DNA of 64,000 nt from an uncultured Pirellulales bacterium (GCA_964568985.1 CAZMSP010000001.1:11179-75178); one strand, 5' to 3'; positions 20,018 through 28,690 are shown, counted from the stretch's first letter. Numbers and translations are program-made. The notes: generated by a model from the sequence alone, not told the origin.

Positions 20018-20806
20018 TTACGCTTCTTCGGTCCAGGTTCCATTCTTGGCTATCGTTGTCCAGTTGCCGTTAGAATCGGCTACTAAAGTAATGCAAGCGC
20101 CTATGGTATTGGCTGATTTGTATTTATCAGCAGTTTGACCACTATCATCCCGAATAGTCACTGTGCCGGGATCAACCCGCAGCTCTTGTGTTGATTGAAC
20201 CGCAAATGTAAACACTGTTCCTGCAGGAGCTGATGCGGGTAATGTGATGGTAATTACACCGGTGGCGCCGAGATTTGTATGAACACTACCAGATTGTGCC
20301 GCTGTAAGTGTATCGTCTGTGGTATACACCTCGATTTTCTTCTTCACTCCACCGGCTCCATACGGCATAACGATATTATGACCAGCCCGACAGTCGGTTA
20401 TCGAATCTATATCACCACTTGACGTACTTACTATCGCCAAGCGGATATGAGGCGTGATCGCCATATCCGGGAAGCTGCTGTATTCGTCGGTGATAAGATT
20501 GCCAACTGGGTCCAGATAGACATAAATATTCGCTTTATCATCCGCTAAGGTATTGCCCGACGAGCCGGGGAAACTAACCAGCTCCGTACCAAGCCAGAAT
20601 GCCCCTGCCTTGACGCCTATATTCAGTCCACCCTCGTCATAGACCCGTAAATCATTCGCACGCCGCACAGCGAGCAATAACCGATACAATAATTTTCTAA
20701 AGTGCAGATAATAGGGTGCTGTACCGGTCGGTATATACTCAACACCGGTTTCGCCGTCAGATTGTATATTTAACAGTTCGTTGTCGGATGGATATACTTC
20801 AGCCAT
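20018..20806 (-). CDS. fibre/receptor-binding-like virion protein
   Basis: 262 aa. Shares the C-terminal domain (..LRVDPG..TI..G..A.KY....G.C..L.....G.W.....GTWTEEA) with ORF 18199-19974. Confidence 0.5.
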   Translation of the reverse strand: MAEVYPSDNELLNIQSDGETGVEYIPTGTAPYYLHFRKLLYRLLLAVRRANDLRVYDEGGLNIGVKAGAFWLGTELVSFPGSSGNTLADDKANIYVYLDPVGNLITDEYSSFPDMAITPHIRLAIVSTSSGDIDSITDCRAGHNIVMPYGAGGVKKKIEVYTTDDTLTAAQSGSVHTNLGATGVITITLPASAPAGTVFTFAVQSTQELRVDPGTVTIRDDSGQTADKYKSANTIGACITLVADSNGNWTTIAKNGTWTEEA

Positions 20807-20824
20807 AATTTTCCCCTTGTTATT

Positions 20825-21601
20825 CTATGAAATACTCAGTACCAATTGATTCATCTGTTTATCGAATGAACAAATGCTTATCTGCTCCGCCGGTTTCGGC
20901 AGCGGCGTTACCGTAATCGGCCCCGTTTCTATGGGACCGCTTTGATTGCCCGCTTCATCGGTTACTTTGACGGCGAATTTGTAAACACCCGCAGCTAATG
21001 ACGGACTTATCCACTGAAGCGAATCAGCATCAAGGCCGAAGTCTCCGCAACCGAAGCCGCCCTTTCCAAACCCGACAGCCGCCGACGAATCGTAACCAAA
21101 ATCACTTTTGCCAAAGCTGCTCATCCCAAAGCCCGCTTTATCCTGCCAGGCCGGCCAGATTCTTATCGGCGAATCATTAAGCGGAGCGTCGTAATCAATT
21201 TGCCCCGTGCCCGCGTCAAAGTAGATTTGACAGGTTGCGCCAACCGGTAAACTCTGGCTGCGCTGCACAGCGATTCTTACTCGGCCGCCCAGGCCCGCGG
21301 GCCAATTTTGCTCATCACTAAAATCAGTGTCCGCCTGCCCGGCCTCAACGGCGAAAACTTTAATCCTGACCGGCGCCTCCAAAGATACGGGCAGCGGAAC
21401 GAGCATCCGTCTTTGCTGACTGTCAACCGTTACCCCCGCATACCGGCCGTTGACATAAACCTGATAAAACCTGTCATTGAAGCTCGACCGCCACTTCACC
21501 AGCGCTGTCCGGGTGCTCGCTATATATCCCCCGCCCGCCCAGATACCGCAGGGCAGCTCAAAAACCATTACACTTTCAATGCCAATGCTGCTCAGTCCCA
21601 T
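20825..21601 (-). CDS. virion protein with GTGQIDY motif domain
   Basis: 258 aa. Paralogous motif with ORF 17033-17722. Confidence 0.5.
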   Translation of the reverse strand: MGLSSIGIESVMVFELPCGIWAGGGYIASTRTALVKWRSSFNDRFYQVYVNGRYAGVTVDSQQRRMLVPLPVSLEAPVRIKVFAVEAGQADTDFSDEQNWPAGLGGRVRIAVQRSQSLPVGATCQIYFDAGTGQIDYDAPLNDSPIRIWPAWQDKAGFGMSSFGKSDFGYDSSAAVGFGKGGFGCGDFGLDADSLQWISPSLAAGVYKFAVKVTDEAGNQSGPIETGPITVTPLPKPAEQISICSFDKQMNQLVLSIS

Positions 21602-21606
21602 TGCCT

Positions 21607-21987
21607 CTAAATCCTTAGCTGTGTATAAACGACTTCATAATCGACAGCTACGCCGCTGCCGCCGGCTCGCTCATTACTGACCTTGAAAACATCCATTCTC
21701 AGATTGTCAAAACTTTGGCCATCGCCTCTTGTCAGCGTGTGCGTCTCGCCATCCATATAAGCTGATATTGCGCCGATTCTGGTATCCATTTGTGCTTTGC
21801 TTCTCGTACGCAGTACACCTTTTTGTGTTACCTGCCTGCTGCGTTGGCCCAGGTCGATGCTAAGCACGCCGTCCAATCCTGGCATTGCCTTTTCTACAGA
21901 AGCTCGCTTTATACTTGACGCCTCAATCTCTAATCCGCCTGCGGCGGACTCATCGAACAAATCTTGTCCATCCAGAGTTACGCTCAT
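21607..21987 (-). CDS. hypothetical virion protein
   Basis: 126-aa ORF, 5 nt from the next gene. Confidence 0.45.
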   Translation of the reverse strand: MSVTLDGQDLFDESAAGGLEIEASSIKRASVEKAMPGLDGVLSIDLGQRSRQVTQKGVLRTRSKAQMDTRIGAISAYMDGETHTLTRGDGQSFDNLRMDVFKVSNERAGGSGVAVDYEVVYTQLRI

Positions 21988-22003
21988 AATTTGTCCTTCT
22001 GCA

Positions 22004-22660
22004 CTAATCCCGCACCAGCCTTACAGAGGCGCCGACTTTGGTAACGTCAGCCACTCCATCGCTGCCGAGGTCGATACCAAACCGACACCGCTGCCTTGCC
22101 TTTTCAAAAAGCTTCTGGTAGTATAAACTCTTGGTCCAGAAATTCTCGTCTTCGGCTTTACTGGCCAACATCGCATATACACCTGAGATGACCGCAAAAA
22201 CCGACGCCGCCCTTAAGACATCCGTATTGAGAATATCCTCGGCAGAATAATCGCTGGTAGGATTACCCGGCGCAATACCGAAGTATTCAGTCAGTTGAAA
22301 TCCGGCTTCGGCTGTCTGCGGTCCGAAGGTACTGATGCGCCAGGATGCGTCTGTCGCAGCCGGCGGCGCTATCGACTCATCATCGCAGTATGTCCTGATT
22401 ACCGAAACAGCAAGCTGCGTCGCCGAATCCACGGAAACGATTTCGTACGCCCCATCAAGCGAGCCATCAGCAGACTTTAGGTATATAACTCCGCCGCTAC
22501 AGACCTGCGCGTTTACAAAATCTGCACCGCTTGCGGTAAATATCGTCCCTGTAAGTATCCCGCCTGTCCCTGCTGTTAGTACTTGTCCCGGCAGATAAAG
22601 CTGCGTGAAAAGTATCGGCTCATATTTCAAAATGTCCGCATCATTTGAGAAACTAACCAT
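22004..22660 (-). CDS. hypothetical head-proximal virion protein
   Basis: 218-aa ORF immediately downstream of the capsid gene. Confidence 0.45.
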   Translation of the reverse strand: MVSFSNDADILKYEPILFTQLYLPGQVLTAGTGGILTGTIFTASGADFVNAQVCSGGVIYLKSADGSLDGAYEIVSVDSATQLAVSVIRTYCDDESIAPPAATDASWRISTFGPQTAEAGFQLTEYFGIAPGNPTSDYSAEDILNTDVLRAASVFAVISGVYAMLASKAEDENFWTKSLYYQKLFEKARQRCRFGIDLGSDGVADVTKVGASVRLVRD

Positions 22661-22680
22661 TTTTAACCCTCTTTCACAGC

Positions 22681-22750
22681 GATTAGCGTATAGTGTTTAG
22701 TGTTCAGGCACTATGCACTGTTTGCTATCTGCTATACGCTGTTCGCTAAT
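22681..22750. repeat. palindromic heptamer word array between capsid gene and next ORF
   Basis: gattagcg tatagtg tttagtg ... gctatct gctatac gctgttc gctaatt. 7-nt period, with arms roughly reverse-complementary. Confidence 0.65.
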
Positions 22751-22751
22751 T

Positions 22752-23906
22752 TCAACTGGTAGCCAGATCACGAATAAGCCCATGTGCTACTTCGTTTTTA
22801 GGCTCCAGGGTATATTCGCCAATCAGTTCACCGCACTCGTAGTCACCGCCGCTTGCCAACGGCTTGAAATGAAAGCTCCGCCCTGCCAAAGGCAGCACGC
22901 TGATGCGGGACGAATCCAGCATTAGCACTGCATCTTGCGGAATCCATCGCGAAGTAACAATTCTGCAAACACCGAAATCACTTTCATAAATGCTAATCAT
23001 ATCGGTGAAAGTAGTATCGCTGGCCGTGTAGGTTCGGCTATCGGAGCTGAAAGTGTTTATCTTTCGCTTCTGAAAACCGCCGACCACAATCAGGTTCACG
23101 TTGCCGGAGCTGCTTTCCCAAATCTTTCTGAGCACATAATTAATCTTGGCCTCATTAAGGTCACTGCCTGTCGGAAAGCCGTTGTCACCGGTATGAAATA
23201 CGTTTGTTGAAAGGTGTTGAATAATTCCCTTCATTGACCTTCGTGCTGAGCCGCTGCCTTGGGGATTGCTCGTCGGCTGGCCTCCGTTGATAACGGTATT
23301 TTCCAGGTCACGAAGAAGCTCACGCAGACGTTGCTGTTTCTGGTAATCCATCTCGTCAGCTATACCTAACTGGCTCGCAGCCACATCTGTTCCGCTGACC
23401 TCCACTGCAGCAGTAAATATCTGCGTGTAGTTACCACACCGGCTGCGGTTGGTAAATCTGACGCCGGGTTTGTCCGCCCCTTCAAGAGCAGCGTTTCCGA
23501 GAATGTTGATTACCTGATTATCAGCCAGATTTTCTGGTATTGTCCCCGCATATCCGCGAACTACCGTCAGTGTATCGCCGTTAATATTGGTTATGAGCAT
23601 CAGTTCCTTGCTGCTTTCGACCTGAATCTGGTCACCTATGCGGAACCTGCTGCCATGGTCAACATCAAACTCCGTATCGGAACTCGGGTCGGTCCAGGTA
23701 CTGTCGTTGATAGCATCCTTATTAGGCAAAAGCTCATCCTCAAGCCATTCATGATGTGTGCTCGTTGCCTCTCTCATCGGGTCGCCCAAAGCATCCAGCA
23801 ATGGTGTCTCATAAGGCGAAATTATCCCGATTAAATCTGATACATCCTCTGCAAGCTCCGGCAGAGTCGTTCCCGTTGAATAAGTTGCTTTTCCTGTAAA
23901 AGCCAT
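22752..23906 (-). CDS. major capsid protein (HK97-fold, SU10/P22-like class)
   Basis: 384 aa. N-terminal ISPYETPLLDALG motif. Positioned directly after the scaffold and portal genes. Confidence 0.7.
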   Translation of the reverse strand: MAFTGKATYSTGTTLPELAEDVSDLIGIISPYETPLLDALGDPMREATSTHHEWLEDELLPNKDAINDSTWTDPSSDTEFDVDHGSRFRIGDQIQVESSKELMLITNINGDTLTVVRGYAGTIPENLADNQVINILGNAALEGADKPGVRFTNRSRCGNYTQIFTAAVEVSGTDVAASQLGIADEMDYQKQQRLRELLRDLENTVINGGQPTSNPQGSGSARRSMKGIIQHLSTNVFHTGDNGFPTGSDLNEAKINYVLRKIWESSSGNVNLIVVGGFQKRKINTFSSDSRTYTASDTTFTDMISIYESDFGVCRIVTSRWIPQDAVLMLDSSRISVLPLAGRSFHFKPLASGGDYECGELIGEYTLEPKNEVAHGLIRDLATS

Positions 23907-23923
23907 CTTCTAATTCTCCTTTC

Positions 23924-23990
23924 GATTAGTGATTGGTTAAATGGTAACCGGTTAAATTGTTACTGATTACCGATTACCAGTTACCATAAT
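23924..23990. repeat. palindromic word array (GATTNGT / GTTACCA words) centred on TAACCGGTTA
   Basis: Fills the scaffold-capsid spacer. Related words recur at 49127-49293. Confidence 0.65.
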
Positions 23991-24523
23991 CATAAAAAAT
24001 TTCTTCGCAGTCTCAGATACTCCTGCAAATCTGTTCGATTACCTGTGGTTGCCGCTTTTTTGGCTGCTCTTTCGAGAGTCGCCTGACTGCTTGTCACTCG
24101 CTGCCTTGCCCCTGCGGTTTTAGTAATCTTCATCGTCGAACTTTCTCCAGGTTGGGCGAACAGATATTGCTTTTCCTTTTTCAACTGCTCAACAACACTT
24201 TCCAGATCCGCTTCTGTTTCGCCGTTTAGTCTTGCTTTGGCAATTAACACAGCTGTTTCCACATCAGCTGCTCCGGCAGCAGCAAGTCTGCGCGCCAGTT
24301 TCTGTTCGGTCCGAATGTCACTTAGTTGCTCAGACAGCTTTGTTAGCTGCGACTTGGCTTGTGCCAATTGTTCAGATAGAACCTCGGCCTTTTTCTCGGC
24401 ACTCTGTGCCCTCTTGCGATAGCGGATTGATTCGGCCACCGGAACAAGCTTTAAGTTATCGCTGTCACCGGCTGACTCTTCTGCCTCTGACAGAACATTT
24501 GCTTCTGTGTCAATCTGACTCAT
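23990..24523 (-). CDS. phage scaffolding protein
   Basis: 177 aa, charged alpha-helical coiled-coil (AEKKAEVLSEQLAQAKSQLTKLSEQLSDIRTEQ). Lies between the portal and capsid genes. Confidence 0.65.
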   Translation of the reverse strand: MSQIDTEANVLSEAEESAGDSDNLKLVPVAESIRYRKRAQSAEKKAEVLSEQLAQAKSQLTKLSEQLSDIRTEQKLARRLAAAGAADVETAVLIAKARLNGETEADLESVVEQLKKEKQYLFAQPGESSTMKITKTAGARQRVTSSQATLERAAKKAATTGNRTDLQEYLRLRRNFL

Positions 24524-24536
24524 AAAAACTCCTTTA

Positions 24537-24584
24537 CGTTCATAGTTTTGAGTTCATAGTTCATCGGTGAACAACGAACTATGG
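24537..24584. repeat. AGTTCAT heptamer array with inverted arm
   Basis: cgttcat agttttg agttcat agttcat cggtgaa caacgaa ctatgg. Spans the portal stop codon at 24579-24581. Confidence 0.65.
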
Positions 24585-26159
24585 ACTCTCATATCCTAAC
24601 TCTCTGAGCACCTGTTCAGTTGGCACGCCCAGCTCTTTTTTAATTTGGGCCTCTTTTAGTTTTTCCGTCATATCTTCCGGCAGCGGGCTGGGGAAAATAA
24701 CATCAATCTCTCTTTGGCACTCAGAGGTCTTGTAGATGTCAGCCTTATCGAGTATTGCCAGAACAAACCGGCAGATTTTTTTCAGCCCTTCGCTGTATGT
24801 AAATTTCTTCCGTTCGGTTTTGGACAGCATTCCCATAAGCGTTAGTCGAAGAGCAACCGCACTTGTCAGGTTGCCGAGCTTGCTCTTGAGAACCCCAGCT
24901 ACAAGAGGCGTTACACCACTTGCTTTGTCCATCGCCTCCCTGATTTCAGCAATGTGTAAACTCTCACTTGGCGCCGCAGCATCTCCTCCAAACTCCTCAA
25001 TAGCCGCATCTGGATTATCCGTGTACCACATCCTGCCTGGAGAGATGGGCCTGTCCTCAAAGCCCTCTATGCCTTTTCCAAGATACATCTTGAACGACTG
25101 GAACGTAATCCTGCTTGCCCTGTCGCTTAATCTCGTATTAAGCTCATCCTGCAGCGGTATCAGCGGCTCGGCATCACTTAGCCCCTCGTAATAATATGGC
25201 TGAGCGATATTCTGGATATGCACCACCGGCAGAAATCCCCACGGTAATTCACCTTCCGCAACGAGCTGTTTGTCTTCATATCTCTGCCAGGCCGAGTCCG
25301 ATGTAACCTCTGTTACCACTACCACCTGCCGAGTATCGCCGCTTTGCCTGCCCCACGTAAACAGGTTGGAAAGAAAAGAGTTCTTCTTGGTCATCGCATT
25401 TCTTTTCTGGTAGAAGTGCTGCACGTAGAACCTTGTTTTTTTGTAGTCGTTTTCATCCAGAACAGGCAGTGCTCTCGGTGCTTCAATCAGCTCAAGGCCG
25501 ATTGTCCGTGCCAATTGCAGCACATCTTCGAACGAAGTTTTTTTAGAGGGTGAGGAGGAAGAGAAGGAAGACGAAGTGCGTTCTAAGATATCTGTGCCAG
25601 GCCTGATTAGGCAGTCGACAAAACCGTAAACACCTCCGAGCACCGCCATATCCTGGAAAAATCCGATTCCGCCGTTAGCCACAAAAACCGCCTTTAATAT
25701 GGTTTCAATCTCTGAGCGTTTTTGGCTATCCGGCGACCTCGAAACAAAACTAATTGGTTTGCCGAACAAAAAGTCAACCGCTGCGTTTATTCGCCAGGCA
25801 ATATCATTTTCAACAACTACTTCTTTTCGCTGCACATCTTTGACTGCCCGGCCGCCAAATACTCCAGCATCACTGCAATGCGCCAGGCCCGTTATCCTCG
25901 CAGGCAGACCATACTCCTGCGCCTGCACATAACACCTGCCTGATTCGCTCGTCCTTTTGTCGTAGCCGCTTATGCCATTTAGCTCATACGTCGGATTTGC
26001 ATAATATTCCCACAGCTTTGTAAAGTGCTTCTGTATATCAACCGAGTGCTCATCAACAAGCCATTCGAGGAAATCCGCATCAAGCTCGTCAGGGCGAAGG
26101 CCCTGCTGTGGTTCCGACTCGCACTCAGCCGAGTTAAAAATATCAAGCTCAAATCCCAT
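24579..26159 (-). CDS. phage portal protein
   Basis: About 526 aa from ATG 26159 (GGAG 8 nt upstream). Size and position fit a portal. The ORF-track extension to 26312 reads through REP-like elements and is probably not coding. Confidence 0.7.
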   Translation of the reverse strand: MGFELDIFNSAECESEPQQGLRPDELDADFLEWLVDEHSVDIQKHFTKLWEYYANPTYELNGISGYDKRTSESGRCYVQAQEYGLPARITGLAHCSDAGVFGGRAVKDVQRKEVVVENDIAWRINAAVDFLFGKPISFVSRSPDSQKRSEIETILKAVFVANGGIGFFQDMAVLGGVYGFVDCLIRPGTDILERTSSSFSSSSPSKKTSFEDVLQLARTIGLELIEAPRALPVLDENDYKKTRFYVQHFYQKRNAMTKKNSFLSNLFTWGRQSGDTRQVVVVTEVTSDSAWQRYEDKQLVAEGELPWGFLPVVHIQNIAQPYYYEGLSDAEPLIPLQDELNTRLSDRASRITFQSFKMYLGKGIEGFEDRPISPGRMWYTDNPDAAIEEFGGDAAAPSESLHIAEIREAMDKASGVTPLVAGVLKSKLGNLTSAVALRLTLMGMLSKTERKKFTYSEGLKKICRFVLAILDKADIYKTSECQREIDVIFPSPLPEDMTEKLKEAQIKKELGVPTEQVLRELGYESP

Positions 26160-26190
26160 ATCTATCTCCACTTTCGAGTATCCAACTATC

Positions 26191-26273
26191 GTCATTGCGA
26201 GCGTTAGCGAAGCAATCTCACTCGTCCACTCACTTGAGATTGCCACGGCCTGCAAGGCAGGCCTCGCAATGAT
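26191..26273. repeat. REP/MITE-like hairpin element GTCATTGCGAGCG...GAAGCAATCTC...GAGATTGCC...CTCGCAATGAT
   Basis: Self-complementary termini. Partial or related copies at 41680-41706 and 43458-43547. Confidence 0.7.
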
Positions 26274-26289
26274 ACACGAGCATCGAGCT

Positions 26290-26309
26290 TTATCCGCCGA
26301 AGGCGGAAT
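26290..26309. repeat. small hairpin repeat TTATCCGCC-GAAG-GCGGAAT
   Basis: Near-identical copies at 4255-4274 (inverted), 27635-27654, 44666-44683 (inverted), 45443-45462 and 63067-63089. Confidence 0.75.
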
Positions 26310-26332
26310 CAAAGCTCTCTGTAATTGGATGA

Positions 26333-26355
26333 ACCTGCGTATTTGGTCGAAAATT
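26333..26355. repeat. 23-bp perfect direct repeat ACCTGCGTATTTGGTCGAAAATT, copy 1
   Basis: An identical 23-mer recurs at 26445-26467, 112 bp apart, upstream of the portal gene. Confidence 0.85.
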
Positions 26356-26444
26356 GGCTAATTTTTTAAGGTGGGATTTTGCGTAAGTGTTTGTAAGAGA
26401 AGGAATAAAAATTTTTTTGAAAAATTCGATTTTTGCGCGCAACT

Positions 26445-26467
26445 ACCTGCGTATTTGGTCGAAAATT
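26445..26467. repeat. 23-bp perfect direct repeat, copy 2
   Basis: Identical to 26333-26355. Confidence 0.85.
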
Positions 26468-26534
26468 TTTTATATGTCTATATATAGCGGCTACTTATAG
26501 CAGATTCTTTTGTAATCCCTTGTGGTTTAAGGAC

Positions 26535-27338
26535 TTAGAACCAAGAGCCGGAAATCAGATATCGAGAATCAAGCATCGAGTGCCAAGATCTGCGTCTTTT
26601 CCTCAACACCAATCCGCCTATGCCGAGCAGCAAGAGAGTTGTAGGTTCCGGAATAAGAACAATTCTGGCATCGTTGCCGATATAAAAATCATTATCAAAT
26701 AGTTCACCGCTTAAAAGCGTGCCCGTCAGGTGCCTAAGGGGTTCATAGTCAGGCAAGCCACCATAGATACTGGTAAGTTCTCCGTAACCTAATGGCTGAC
26801 CATCGACGGCAAAATCATAGCCGAATATTCGTATCTTACTCTGCCCCCATAGTCTCAAGTCACCGCTTATTGTTCCGCCGAAGACATTTATTTGGCCGGA
26901 GCTAGAGCTGACAAGGTCTCCTATTGATCCGCCGGAGATATCTGCGTGGCTGGATTCCCAACTGACAAGACCATATATAAAGCCGCCGGAGATATTTAGC
27001 TGGCTGGAACCCCAACTGTCAAGCCGATCTTCTATTGAACCGCCGGAGATATCTACCTGGCTAAAATCCCAGCTTTCAAGAAAGCCTACTGAGCCGCCGA
27101 GGATATTTATTCTGCTGTGTTCACATCCAATAAGGGCTCTGGCGTGCGCACCAGCCAGCCAGTTTACTGTGGTGTACATATATGGTGTCTGAGAGTCCAC
27201 GTAGACATAGTCGATGATTTGATAGTCGATGTCGTGTGTCAGGCCATCTTTGAATTCTATTAACGCATGTGCCGGGCAAGCGCACAGTAACAATACGACC
27301 GCTGCAATAAATATTGTCTTTATACCCTTCACCTTCAC
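26535..27338 (-). CDS. PEP-CTERM-anchored secreted repeat protein
   Basis: GTG start with GAGGAGG RBS. Signal peptide. About five 22-aa repeats (ISGGSIxxxLxSWxxSQxx). C-terminal PEPTTLLLLGIGGLVLRKRRR sorting signal. Confidence 0.8.
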   Translation of the reverse strand: MKVKGIKTIFIAAVVLLLCACPAHALIEFKDGLTHDIDYQIIDYVYVDSQTPYMYTTVNWLAGAHARALIGCEHSRINILGGSVGFLESWDFSQVDISGGSIEDRLDSWGSSQLNISGGFIYGLVSWESSHADISGGSIGDLVSSSSGQINVFGGTISGDLRLWGQSKIRIFGYDFAVDGQPLGYGELTSIYGGLPDYEPLRHLTGTLLSGELFDNDFYIGNDARIVLIPEPTTLLLLGIGGLVLRKRRRSWHSMLDSRYLISGSWF

Positions 27339-27492
27339 ACCTCCTCAAACTTCCTGCCACAAAGGCACTAATTGCCTGATTTCCTGATATCCTGCTTTTC
27401 CGTCCGTGTGAAATTAAGAAATGCTCGCCTCGGCATAGCCAAAGGCGAAGCGGGGCCGCTCCTCCTCTGAACGACTAAAATATCTAATATTT

Positions 27493-27520
27493 ATTGTAGA
27501 CTATCCCTGAGAAATGTCAA
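27493..27520 (-). promoter_or_regulatory. sigma70-type promoter TTGACA-16-TACAAT for the PEP-CTERM gene, carried on a dispersed ~85-bp element
   Basis: On the minus strand, -35 is at 27515-27520 and -10 at 27493-27498. The element 27455-27538 is about 75% identical to 46776-46862. Confidence 0.5.
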
Positions 27521-27530
27521 GAAAAAATTT

Positions 27531-27690
27531 CTCGATTCTCGATCCCCGATTCTCGTCAAGTATCGAGCATCCAGCATCGCTTGTCCGCCGAAGCTTTAGC
27601 GAAGGGGGAAGCATCGAGTATCCAGTATCCAGCTTTATCCGCCGAAGGTGGAATCCAGTATCCAGCATCGAGAATCAAGCATCGAGGTCA
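27531..27690. repeat. heptamer word arrays (CTCGATN facing NATCNAG) plus TTATCCGCC hairpin
   Basis: ctcgatt ctcgatc cccgatt ctcgtca | agtatcg agcatcc agcatcg ... aatccag tatccag catcgag aatcaag catcgag. Confidence 0.75.
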
Positions 27691-28677
27691 TCACTCCGGC
27701 TCTTGTTTTTGCAATAGCTCGATAATCTCCGCTTTAGTTGGCATCGCCTCAATCGAGCCGAACTTCGTGCAGGCAAGCGCCCCTGCCGCAGATGCAAATT
27801 TTACCGCACCTCTTACATCATCCTTTACCGCACAATAGGCAGCCAGAGCACCGGCGAATGCATTGCCTCTGCCCGTTTGGTCAACAAGGTCAACCTCAAA
27901 GGCCGGAATATGGTCGGCGCCAGCCCTGTCAACAACCATACAGCCGCGCTTGCCCATCGTTATGACGGCACAGCCCACTCCACGAGCTACAAGGTCGGAG
28001 CCAATCATCTTGGCGGTTCGCATACTTGCGTCAGACTGGTCGGTAATCTCGGCTGCTTCGTAAAGATTCGGGATGAGGATATCGACCGAGAAATACTCGC
28101 TTGGCGAATCGTGAGTTTCCTGGCTGACCCCGCCCTTGCTAAGGGCGAGGCTGGGCTGTTCTATCGGCCTAACAGGGTCGAAAATAACCTTTGTGCCGTG
28201 AACTTCCGCGCAGCGAATGGCCCTTACAATCGCATCTTGCGGCAATCGGCCATGTATCAGACACACATCAGCTTCAAAGATAAGCTGCTCGGCAAAGTCG
28301 ATATCCTTTGGTTGTAGAGCGCTGTTTGCTCCTGTGTAGTAACAGACAGCGTTTTCACCTTCGGCATTAACCAGCGTTACAACAACGCCGGTGTTTTTGG
28401 CCTCAGCGGTAAAAACAAAGTCGGTATTGACGTTGAACTCAGCCAGACTTGTCTTGGCCATTTGGGCAAATGCATCGCCGCCGACCTTGCTGATAAGATG
28501 CACTTCGCAGCCGCACAGAGCTGCTTGTACCGCCTGATTAGGTCCCGGGCCGGTAGCTGTATAGGAAAGTGACGAGCCGGAAACGCTCTGTCCTGGCGAT
28601 GGGATTTGGCTGCACTTTATCGCCATATCCACGTAGGTGGCGCCAACCACTACTGCTTTGGGAGTCCTTCCCGACAT
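27691..28677 (-). CDS. PfkB/ribokinase-family carbohydrate kinase homologue with atypical active-site motifs
   Basis: 328 aa with PfkB-family architecture. The GAGD anion-hole/catalytic motif reads DQTGRGNAF (Asn codon at 27862-27864). The N-terminal GG motif reads TGPGPNQA. Confidence 0.8.
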   Translation of the reverse strand: MSGRTPKAVVVGATYVDMAIKCSQIPSPGQSVSGSSLSYTATGPGPNQAVQAALCGCEVHLISKVGGDAFAQMAKTSLAEFNVNTDFVFTAEAKNTGVVVTLVNAEGENAVCYYTGANSALQPKDIDFAEQLIFEADVCLIHGRLPQDAIVRAIRCAEVHGTKVIFDPVRPIEQPSLALSKGGVSQETHDSPSEYFSVDILIPNLYEAAEITDQSDASMRTAKMIGSDLVARGVGCAVITMGKRGCMVVDRAGADHIPAFEVDLVDQTGRGNAFAGALAAYCAVKDDVRGAVKFASAAGALACTKFGSIEAMPTKAEIIELLQKQEPE

Positions 28678-28690
28678 CTTTTATATCCAC

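Noticed and set aside
18199-20806. Diversity-generating retroelement acting on the shared C-terminal fibre domain
   Set aside because: There is no reverse transcriptase gene. The two C-terminal domains are similar only at the protein level, so no near-identical template/variable repeat pair exists.
26160-26312. N-terminal 51 codons of the portal ORF, and analogous extensions at 45384-45482 (mcsB), 52887-52919 (yidC) and 53798-53956 (phosphoesterase)
   Set aside because: These extensions are encoded entirely by REP-like or heptamer repeats. Internal ATGs with RBS or conserved family N-termini follow, so they are taken to be annotation artefacts of open frames.
27531-27690. Heptamer arrays as a possible CRISPR array
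   Set aside because: The units are 7 nt and degenerate. There are no 25-40-nt repeats alternating with unique spacers, and no cas genes in the window.
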